From an uncultured Gemmatimonadota bacterium (lineage in GTDB: Bacteria > JAAXHH01), in NCBI GenBank assembly GCA_951812955.1, contig OX638340.1, positions 3,616,001 through 3,680,000 on the forward strand: a stretch of 64,000 nt of DNA, given 5' to 3'. A model generated the notes under the pieces. That model did no database searches, was not told the DNA's origin, and was given only the letters and a program-made list of their open reading frames with translations. Shown here piece by piece: positions 1-7,286 of the stretch (the stretch's first letter is position 1; the number at the start of each line of letters is the position of its first letter). Position numbers and translations under genes: made by a program.

Positions 1-1
1 G

Positions 2-1069
2 GTCCGTTTCCCCTCGGATGATACCGCCCTCGACCGGATCGAACGCTTCATGCAGCGGCTGGGGATACCCGTGGTGGCCTCCGTGGGCGGAGAGGTCGCC
101 GTGTACAGCGCCATGGCGCTGAGTTCACTTTCGGGCCTGGGCAACCTGTTCATCCCCATGGTCGTGGCCGCGCTGATCATCCTGAACACCATGATGAACG
201 CCGTCTATGAACGCTTCAGCGAAATCGGCGTATACAGCGCCGTGGGCCTGGCGCCGGCGCACATTGGCGCGTTGTTCATGGCCGAAGCCGCCATGTACGC
301 CGTGATCGGCGGCATGTCCGGCTACCTCATCGGGCAGACCGTTGCCCGCGGCATCACGGAATACGAGATGCTTGCGGGGTTGACGCTGAACTATTCCTCC
401 CTGTCCGCGGTGGCCTCGACGGCCATGGTCATGGTGGTGGTCATGCTCTCGACGATTTATCCAGCGCGCAAGGCCTCCCAGATGGCCGTTCCGGACGTCA
501 ACAGGCAGTGGTCCTTCCCCGATCCCGAAGGCGACGACTGGCGTTTCGAGTTTCCCTTTACCATCAGCCGCACGGAGACGCTCGGCCTGTGTGCTTATCT
601 GACCCGGTTCTTCGAGTCCTACGGCGAGAGTACGCTGGGGAGTTTCATGACGGACGAGGTGGGCCTGACGGGCAGGAATGGCGGCGCGACCGGCGCAGAC
701 GCGGACTCCGCATCGGGCGCGGCTACTGATTCCGCAGCCGGCGGGAACTTCGAATCGGCAGACGCCGCGGCCACGTACGAAATCACCATGAAGACTTGGC
801 TGGCCCCTTACGACACGGGAGTCAGCCAGCAGGTGACCCTTCACGCGTCGCCCGCCGAGGACGAACACGACCTGTACGCCGTGTGGGTGCACATCTATCG
901 CCTGAGCGGCGACGTGGATTCATGGCAACGACTCAACCGCCGCTTCCTGAACGTGCTACGCAAGCAGTTCCTGGTCTGGCGCACCGTGGACCAGGAGGTC
1001 AAAACGGTCTACGCGGGTGAGGGGCGGGAGATGATTGCATCCGTAGCGGGAGACGCGGTCGAAGCTTGA
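2..1069 (+). CDS. ABC-transporter permease, FtsX/MacB-like, C-terminal part (5' end outside window) with an extra ~190-aa soluble tail
   Basis: Frame is open from base 2, with no stop before the listed Met at 50. It has an FtsX-type block ERFSEIGVYSAVGLAPAHIGALFMAEAAMYAVIGGMSGYLIG and a last TM ending STIYPARKAS. I recognise no motif in the tail. Confidence 0.6.
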   Translation, partial: VRFPSDDTALDRIERFMQRLGIPVVASVGGEVAVYSAMALSSLSGLGNLFIPMVVAALIILNTMMNAVYERFSEIGVYSAVGLAPAHIGALFMAEAAMYAVIGGMSGYLIGQTVARGITEYEMLAGLTLNYSSLSAVASTAMVMVVVMLSTIYPARKASQMAVPDVNRQWSFPDPEGDDWRFEFPFTISRTETLGLCAYLTRFFESYGESTLGSFMTDEVGLTGRNGGATGADADSASGAATDSAAGGNFESADAAATYEITMKTWLAPYDTGVSQQVTLHASPAEDEHDLYAVWVHIYRLSGDVDSWQRLNRRFLNVLRKQFLVWRTVDQEVKTVYAGEGREMIASVAGDAVEA

Positions 1070-1182
1070 GCGTTCCCCGGTCCCGCCGGGCTCGCAAACG
1101 CGCCAGAGCGCTCCCCGTGGCTGCGGCGGTAGAGATATTGGTTTGAGCGCGGTCCTGATTGTCAGGCTGAAGGAGGAATTCC

Positions 1183-1653
1183 ATGGAAGGCGGCGGCAGC
1201 GAAGGCTCCTGGCTCAACACGCTCATGGGACAGAACGTTCGGGTTATGACGCCGGGATCCGCCACGGAGGATCGCGTGACGGTCATCGAGGCCGTCGAGC
1301 CGCCCCACAGCTCGCCGCCCGTCTTCACCCGCCACGCCTTCATCGAGATGTTCCTGGTCGTCAGAGGTGCCCTGACGTTTCAGTTTCTACACGAAAGCGC
1401 CTTTGTGATCGAAGCTGGCCAGATGGTGACCGTACCCGGCTACCGGCCCCATTCCTTCTGGAACGAGGGGGACGACCCGGCGGCGGTCATGCTGATCTGC
1501 ACGCCCGCGGGGTTGGACCGGTTCTTCGAGGCTTCCGATCGGCTGCTTCGGCGCATGCCGCCGGACACGACCGATCCCGATGAGTTGAAAGCGGAGATGG
1601 CACGCCTTCGGAAGGAGTTCGGGCTGGAACACGTGGCGCCGGCGCCGCGGTGA
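1183..1653 (+). CDS. Cupin-domain protein
   Basis: AGGAGG lies 6 nt upstream of the ATG. The 156-aa protein has a single cupin-like beta-barrel core (FIEMFLVVRGALTFQF...GQMVTVPGYRPHSFWNEG). Confidence 0.55.
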   Translation: MEGGGSEGSWLNTLMGQNVRVMTPGSATEDRVTVIEAVEPPHSSPPVFTRHAFIEMFLVVRGALTFQFLHESAFVIEAGQMVTVPGYRPHSFWNEGDDPAAVMLICTPAGLDRFFEASDRLLRRMPPDTTDPDELKAEMARLRKEFGLEHVAPAPR

Positions 1654-1968
1654 GGCTTGATTGTCTTAAGGAGGTAACGCTGTCGTTCAGATATACGTAA
1701 CTTCCCGAAAAGAACGTTACGGTGTCGACGAAACACCGTGGAATAGCACACGATTGAAGGATTTGATGTATCCTATAAACTGAGTTGACCCCGTTTAGTA
1801 CGTATGAATTTTTGTACAACGAGGAGTGTTCGACACAACTCCAAGAAATGTGAATCTGTCTACAAACTGGTAATCTTGGTTTTATGTGCACCGGGTAAAG
1901 TCAGTCCGCGTGGGTATGACAGCGTTTATCGGAAAGCTCGGTCGTATGAGGATCAAGGAGTTGGCGTG

Positions 1969-2768
1969 ATGGCGAGAGTCCGAAAGTCAACTGCAATTGA
2001 ACGATTGCAGAGGTTGGTTGATGAGGCTTCAGAGCTGGATATGGAGGATGATAGCTCTCAGGAAGTTCAAAAATGGATACAGGACGTTTATACCGCTTTT
2101 ATCAACATATTCGGTGAGGATAGTTCTCAGTTTTCACGACTTCCGCAAAGTCACAAAACAACCCCAAGTGGGGTTCGTGAATACCTGAGATCAATGGTTT
2201 CCTGCGTCGCGTCTAGTCTCGATGAGATCAAGTACTTTCGGGAGGATGAAACAGAAACTGTGAAACAACCCTCAGAACAGGGTGACTTAAAAGCACCAGA
2301 TAAGGATTGTTACGACCAGGGATCGGCGACAAAAAAGTCTTTGTCGTTCATGGTCACGACGAGGCCGTCCTGCAGGCGGTTGCGAGATTTCTAGAAAAGC
2401 TGAAACTCGAACCAGTAATCCTGCACGAACAGGCGAATCAAGGCCGCACGATCATAGAGAAATTTGAGGATCATTCGGATGCGAGTTTTGCCGTGGTTCT
2501 GCTGACACCTGACGACATAGGCGCGGCCGTTACGGATAAGGCCGATCTACGGCACCGAGCTCGTCAGAACGTAATTCTCGAACTCGGATTCTTCATTGGG
2601 AAGTTGGGTCGCAACAGGGTCTGTGCTCTGAAATCGCGTTGTGTCGAAAATCCGTCGGACGTCGATGGGATGGTCTATATCAACCTCGACGAGCCAGATG
2701 CATGGAAGACCGGACTCGTGCGGGAGTTAATGGCAGCTGGTTTCGCCATCGACGCTAACTGGGTTTAG
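1969..2768 (+). pseudogene. TIR-like (COG4271 / CAP12-Pycsar-effector-type) nucleotide-binding protein split into two overlapping frames (1969-2394 and 2307-2768); either frameshifted or -1 recoded
   Basis: ORF1 starts at ATG 1969 with AGGAG 8 nt upstream and encodes a helical N-domain. ORF2 in the -1 frame reads KKVFVVHGHDEAVLQAVARFLEKL...FAVVLLTPDD...RARQNVILELGFFIGKLGRNRVCAL, which is the TIR-like domain pattern. The frames overlap by 88 nt and can be joined at A AAA AAG (2331-2337) to give a protein of about 266 aa. Confidence 0.6.
2331..2337 (+). promoter_or_regulatory. Candidate -1 ribosomal frameshift heptamer A AAA AAG, or an A6 homopolymer indel site
   Basis: In the ORF1 frame the codons are acA AAA AAG. 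An SD-like AGGGA sits at 2318-2322. An imperfect hairpin TTGTCGT-N8-ACGACGA sits at 2341-2362. This layout resembles the E. coli dnaX signal. Confidence 0.3.
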
Positions 2769-2773
2769 CAGCC

Positions 2774-3079
2774 ATGAACGCACAGTTGTCGATTTCCAAA
2801 ACCGAATTGTCAGCCTATTGTAAAAATCATGGCATCCGACGATTAGCAATTTTCGGATCGGTGCTCCGGCCAGATTTTGGCCCGGAGAGCGATATCGACG
2901 TACTGGTCGAGTTCGCACCGAGTCACACTCCCGGTCTGCTGGGCATGGCCGGATTGGAGATTGAACTATCCGAATTGTTTGGCGGTCGGAAGGTGGACCT
3001 GCGGACTCCTGAGGAATTGAGTCGTTATTTTCGACAGAAGGTCATTGACACGGCAGAAGTTCTATATGTGCAGGGATGA
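2774..3079 (+). CDS. mntA: MntA-type minimal nucleotidyltransferase (antitoxin of the HepT/MntA type VII TA)
   Basis: It has the NTase motif LAIFGSVLRPDFGPESDIDVLVEF and is 101 aa long. It starts 5 nt after the TIR-like ORF stop. Confidence 0.8.
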   Translation: MNAQLSISKTELSAYCKNHGIRRLAIFGSVLRPDFGPESDIDVLVEFAPSHTPGLLGMAGLEIELSELFGGRKVDLRTPEELSRYFRQKVIDTAEVLYVQG

Positions 3080-3188
3080 CGAAATCCCATTACAGCACAT
3101 GTTGGACGCCGAGCGGGAGGCAGTGTGTTTTTCACGAGGACACAGTTGGTTGCAGCCGCTAAGTCAAGCCTACCATATCGCGCGTGAA
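3066..3188 (+). pseudogene. hepT: Truncated hepT (DUF86 RNase toxin) remnant, first ~40 codons only
   Basis: The ORF overlaps the mntA stop, as in intact pairs. It reads MCRDDEIPLQHMLDAEREAVCFSRGHS, which resembles HepT N-termini, then stops at 3188. The C-terminal Rx4HxY region is absent, and the vapC 3' end overlaps it. Confidence 0.5.
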
Positions 3189-3550
3189 TAGTAATCCAGG
3201 ATGGTGGTGTCCGAAGTCACGAGCAGGCATTTGTTCAATTTGGCCGTGGCCACGATCGTGCGGTCGACAGGATCCCGGTGATCCCAGTCCAGTTCGAGAT
3301 TCCCAATCCATGTCCGCACGTCCACTGGACGTACTTCAATCCGTTCGGTCCGTTCCAGATTTTATGCGAAGTCCTGAATGGACAGGGGCAACACAAGATC
3401 GGCCTTTTTCACCCTAACGCCGATCTCCCAGATCGAGATCGAACTGATGCACACGCGGTCGGCTTGTGTAATCGTCTGGTCGTCGATTTTGGACAGGCGT
3501 TCGGGATCCAGTGTCCAGAAAACAAGCGCGGACGTATCCAGTACGACCAT
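3170..3550 (-). pseudogene. vapC: PIN-domain toxin VapC interrupted by an in-frame TAA
   Basis: The N-part reads MVVLDTSALVFW...ISSISIWEI. A TAA lies at 3362-3364 (minus strand). The same frame then continues ...DWDHRDPVDRTIVATAKLNKCLLVTSDTTILDYY to a TAG at 3170-3172. Total is 127 codons including both stops. Confidence 0.7.
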
Positions 3551-3780
3551 TACGTTTCATCCCATTCGTCGATTGTCGGTGTGTCGATGTCTCCATGATA
3601 GACGATCTTTCCCCGCAGTCCATCGAAGATCCTGTCAACCGATTGCTTTGGCTTTATGGGTTTTACACTGAGAACTGGACTCCGGTTATGCGTTACGATC
3701 AGATCCTCGCCCGATTCCTCGATTTCTCGAAATACCCGAAGCATATTGGCCTTCAGCTTGCTCTTCGATTTGAACAGCAT
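3550..3780 (-). CDS. Phd/YefM-family antitoxin
   Basis: The 76-aa protein has KANMLRVFREIEESGEDLIVTHNRSPVLSV, typical of Phd/YefM. It has an ATGA-type overlap with the vapC start at 3550. Confidence 0.7.
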   Translation of the reverse strand: MLFKSKSKLKANMLRVFREIEESGEDLIVTHNRSPVLSVKPIKPKQSVDRIFDGLRGKIVYHGDIDTPTIDEWDET

Positions 3781-3950
3781 ATGGACTCCAGTCTGTTTAG
3801 TAAAAGACTATGGGCATGACCCTGGTTATATTCGAAGGATTTCCTATGAACCGTCAAGGATTTATCTCATTCTCGGCAACTTAGAAGTCGGATTCCGTGC
3901 GACTATTCCGACTGTATAGGTATGATGTTCAATTCAATGTGTAAGACAGG

Positions 3951-3979
3951 TTGACAATCGACGTCCCGACGTCTAATAT
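3951..3979 (+). promoter_or_regulatory. Sigma70-like promoter of the methyltransferase gene with two GACGTC palindromes in the spacer; predicts a leaderless mRNA
   Basis: TTGACA (3951-3956), a 17-nt spacer atcGACGTCccGACGTC, then TAATAT (3974-3979). The ATG at 3986 lies 7 nt after the -10 element. Confidence 0.5.
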
Positions 3980-3985
3980 TAAAAT

Positions 3986-5122
3986 ATGGCCACTAACACC
4001 GAAAGATACGCTCCTGGTCGAGTACGAGATGCGATAATCCGGGTGATGAGACTAACGACAGAAGGTTTGTCTGCTAAACAGATCGCAGCGAGAGTTGCAA
4101 AGATAGAGGGCCACATGCCTGAGTCCTCGATCAGGTCTTATCTTCGTCTGAACACTCCAGAGACATTTGTTCGTGAAAGGAGGGGGGTATACCGCCTTAA
4201 GGTAGATCATGACAGCAGTCTGCAACGAACGATGTTCAGGAGTCCACCTTGGCAGGAACCCTTCAAGTTTGGATCGGCTACATTGTTTCATAGTGAATGT
4301 TTGGATTGGCTGGACGCAAGAGATGACCAATCAATCCACGCGATAGTTACCGATCCACCTTACGGTCTGCAGGAATACACAGCGAAAGAGCAGACGAAAC
4401 TCCGAAATAGGAAGGGGGGGATCTGGAGGATTCCTCCTGCATTTGATGGCCACGTTCGTTCGCCGTTACCAAGATTCACTACTTTAACCGATGAACAAAA
4501 ACTTTATCTTCGGGAGTTTTTCTATATCTGGTCTCGTCTACTGATCCCCAAGTTGGTACCTGGCGCCAACGTGGTCGTTGCCTCCAATCCACTACTCTCC
4601 CACATTGTCGCCGGCGCTATAGCGGATTCGGGGCTTGAAAGACGCGGCGACATCGTCAGGCTTGTTATGACTATGCGTGGCGGTGATCGGCCAAAAGCGG
4701 CACATGATGAATTCAAGGACGTCAGTGTGCTCCCCAGATCAATGTGGGAGCCATGGCTGATATTCCGTAGGCCTGTGGAGGGAAGAGTACAGGACAACCT
4801 CAGAAAATGGAAAACGGGAGGGTTTCGACGGCCGACTGGACTCAAGCCATTCGGAGATGTTATTCAATCTTCCCCGACCAGAAAAAATGAGAAGGCGATA
4901 GCACCTCACCCCAGCCTTAAGCCACAATCCTTCTTACGACGCCTCGTGAGGGGTGTTCTTCCACTAGGTGAGGGTATAGTTGTCGATCCCTTTGCCGGCG
5001 CTGGCTCTACTCTCGCGGCCGCTGAAGCAGTTGGGTACGAGTCAATCGGAATAGAAAAGGATTCTCTGTACTTCAATATGGCCAAGGAAGCACTACAGCC
5101 ACTAGCCGAGCTCGAAGTGTAG
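3986..5122 (+). CDS. Beta-class DNA methyltransferase (N6-adenine or N4-cytosine) with an N-terminal winged-helix-like domain
   Basis: Motif IV is IVTDPPYG. Motif I, VVDPFAGAGSTLAAAE, lies near the C-terminus (order IV...I means beta class). The N-terminal ~80 aa, GLSAKQIAARVAKIEG...SIRSYL, look like an HTH. Confidence 0.85.
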   Translation: MATNTERYAPGRVRDAIIRVMRLTTEGLSAKQIAARVAKIEGHMPESSIRSYLRLNTPETFVRERRGVYRLKVDHDSSLQRTMFRSPPWQEPFKFGSATLFHSECLDWLDARDDQSIHAIVTDPPYGLQEYTAKEQTKLRNRKGGIWRIPPAFDGHVRSPLPRFTTLTDEQKLYLREFFYIWSRLLIPKLVPGANVVVASNPLLSHIVAGAIADSGLERRGDIVRLVMTMRGGDRPKAAHDEFKDVSVLPRSMWEPWLIFRRPVEGRVQDNLRKWKTGGFRRPTGLKPFGDVIQSSPTRKNEKAIAPHPSLKPQSFLRRLVRGVLPLGEGIVVDPFAGAGSTLAAAEAVGYESIGIEKDSLYFNMAKEALQPLAELEV

Positions 5123-5141
5123 GGACTGAAGGAATCCTCAA

Positions 5142-5672
5142 TTACCTGTCTAGGTAAATCCAGTTCTCGCGAAGTTTACTCACGCCAAAGCGGTCAAGTG
5201 TGGCAGTTCGTGTGCCGAGTTCCCCTCTCGGATTGCGTCTAAAGTCTTCGATGGTTACCCTAGATAGGTAGACTTCCCTAAACGTCATTGGAAGTCTTGA
5301 TGAAGAGGGTTCGGTTTTGTTATCGACCTCGTATACAAATACACACATCCACTGGTCGCGCGCGCCATGTGTATCGACCGCACCGCCTTTTTTCTTCGTG
5401 GTTTTGATTTCAAGACCCTGATCTCCCGACTTAACGGAGTTTTCTGCGTAAACTCCCTGAACGAGAAGGTCAGGATGGCCATTGAAGTAGTTGTTTTCAG
5501 TAAGCACCCTTGAATGTTTAGCCAGACTGGCCGTCAGCATGTCCGATAGCACACCAGACATGATAGCGGGTCTCAACATATCGTCAAGCCGTTCCAGTCC
5601 GCGGTCTACCAGATGAGAATTGACATCGTGGAAGAAATCATAAACGTCCTGCATTGCCGACTCGAAATCCAT
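5142..5672 (-). CDS. Putative type II restriction endonuclease (PD-(D/E)xK-like)
   Basis: It is convergent with the MTase and 19 nt apart. The candidate catalytic core is GHPDLLVQ...GLEIKTTKKK. Family not recognised. Confidence 0.45.
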   Translation of the reverse strand: MDFESAMQDVYDFFHDVNSHLVDRGLERLDDMLRPAIMSGVLSDMLTASLAKHSRVLTENNYFNGHPDLLVQGVYAENSVKSGDQGLEIKTTKKKGGAVDTHGARDQWMCVFVYEVDNKTEPSSSRLPMTFREVYLSRVTIEDFRRNPRGELGTRTATLDRFGVSKLRENWIYLDR

Positions 5673-5864
5673 AATGCGGAGCTGATATGGTAAAGTCGAG
5701 TCAGGATTGAATGATTCTCTTACTACGACATTTCTGGATTGTTTGATCCGTTCGTCTCCTTCATGTTATCTGAATGCATGTTTCAACAAAATGTGATTTA
5801 CTGTGAATTTGTAAACCACTACCTACAATATCATGACCTAGAATCTCATGAAAGTAAAATCAAT

Positions 5865-7019
5865 CTATTCCTCCACGGCCCGCAGATCCAGCGCCAGGTC
5901 GCGGAAGCTCCGCACGCGGTGTAGGGTGACCAGGTTGGTGTCGTGCTGGTTCTTGCCGCCGCGCGCGGTGCGGGCGACGACGAGTAGATCGTCTCCGGAG
6001 ATGACCTGCGAGGCGTAGCTGAAGGACTCCATAATGCTCCTGCTCATGGCCACGCATCCGGCCTGGAACCAGTTGAGGGCGTCCATGCTGTACATAAGCA
6101 TTAGGATACGCCGCTCGTTTCCCGGCGGTCCGCTGAAACCGATTCGCCGAAGGGGTTCCCGGTCCTGCCACGGGTTCGTGGACAGGGTCACCGTGGTCCA
6201 GTAGAGACCGCCTTTATCGTCGTGGACGATCTGAAACTTGCACTGGGCGCCCGGCATGGGGTGGAACTGGAGGAAACGGTAGTCGAGGTTCCGACCGTCG
6301 TCCTCGACCCGTCCGATTGATGCCAGGCTCGACGTCGTGTGGCCATCGACGATCGTGCGCATGACCATCCGGATCTCGCCGTCCACCAGCACGATGTTGC
6401 CCTCCAGGAAGCTGTCGGCCGGCACCTTGTCCTTCAGGCTTTCGGGATATTTCCGCTGCGAGAGCACATCGGGGATACCAGGAAACCGGACGTGATTGGA
6501 CATGCGCCAGGCCGCCGGATCCAGGAGGTCTCGCGCCAGGTCGCCGGCCACCACCAGCGACTTCCAGTCGAAACGGCTGGGCGCGTCGCAGGTCTCGAAG
6601 GCGCGGTAGGCATGCCCGTTGTGGATCAATACCGGCGTCGGTGCGCAGTGGTGCTTCCCTTCGAAGAGCGTGACCGGCCCTTCCCAGGTGAAGCCGCCGT
6701 CCCGGGAGCGGCCGATGACGATGTCCCGGCTTTTGCGCTTGTTTCCGATGAGATAGGCGTCGTCCCCGTAGGCCCAGACGGTCGCCCAGATGAAATCCTG
6801 GCACGACGCGAGGGTCCACGTTGCGCCGTCGTCGTCACTGACCAGTACCTCGGTCTGATCCGGCACGGATTCCTTGAGCGGACTGGGACGGAACCATTCG
6901 TAACTGGCCAGCAGGCGTCCCGAGCGCATCCGCGCGATCGACGGTGAACCGGCGTATACGTTCTCCGGGTCGGGTGACGAGGCCAGTACCTGGTAGTCTT
7001 TGGCGAGCATTCGATTCAT
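5865..7019 (-). CDS. BNR-repeat / sialidase-like beta-propeller protein, no signal peptide
   Basis: It has Asp-box motifs SDDDGATW and SRDGGFTW. The N-terminus is not hydrophobic. Confidence 0.6.
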   Translation of the reverse strand: MNRMLAKDYQVLASSPDPENVYAGSPSIARMRSGRLLASYEWFRPSPLKESVPDQTEVLVSDDDGATWTLASCQDFIWATVWAYGDDAYLIGNKRKSRDIVIGRSRDGGFTWEGPVTLFEGKHHCAPTPVLIHNGHAYRAFETCDAPSRFDWKSLVVAGDLARDLLDPAAWRMSNHVRFPGIPDVLSQRKYPESLKDKVPADSFLEGNIVLVDGEIRMVMRTIVDGHTTSSLASIGRVEDDGRNLDYRFLQFHPMPGAQCKFQIVHDDKGGLYWTTVTLSTNPWQDREPLRRIGFSGPPGNERRILMLMYSMDALNWFQAGCVAMSRSIMESFSYASQVISGDDLLVVARTARGGKNQHDTNLVTLHRVRSFRDLALDLRAVEE

Positions 7020-7286
7020 GTCTAACGACCTCCTGGTGATTGGGATGTAAAAACGATTCTACCCGGGTGCAACGCGCTTGTCAACGGGAAGGTACCCGCT
7101 GGATCCGCTCGAAATCGCGCTACCCGAATACGAGAGCGCGAGACCTTCCCATAGTTCTTTACACGCGGCGCCATATTGCCCTTGATCTGAATCGCCCCCG
7201 ACCTGTATCATAGAACCGATCACCAGGACAACCATTCCAGATACGAACATAGCGCATCGAACCGGGTCCGCCGGGAGGATACACTT

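Larger units (their letters stand above)
1654..5864. other. Lower-G+C accessory island carrying defence, toxin-antitoxin and R-M cargo, with no integrase or tRNA seen
   Basis: The sequence becomes visibly AT-richer. The long antisense shadow ORFs typical of the GC-rich flanks disappear from the ORF track between the cupin stop (1653) and the BNR gene stop (5865). Gene content is entirely accessory. Confidence 0.6.

Noticed and set aside
1804-1968. Upstream extension of the TIR-like N-domain ORF (ORF-track start at 1804)
   Set aside because: The extension has no SD and its sequence looks non-coding (MNFCTTRSVRHNSKKCESV...). ATG 1969 has a good AGGAG 8 nt upstream.
3184-3919. Several plus-strand 75-105-aa ORFs across the phd/vapC region
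   Set aside because: They are antisense to the recognisable Phd/YefM and PIN reading frames and have no motifs of their own.
7020-7286. Possible Moco riboswitch upstream of the molybdoenzyme gene
   Set aside because: I could not find the conserved Moco-motif elements by eye. A covariance-model search (Rfam RF01055) would be needed, so no call is made.
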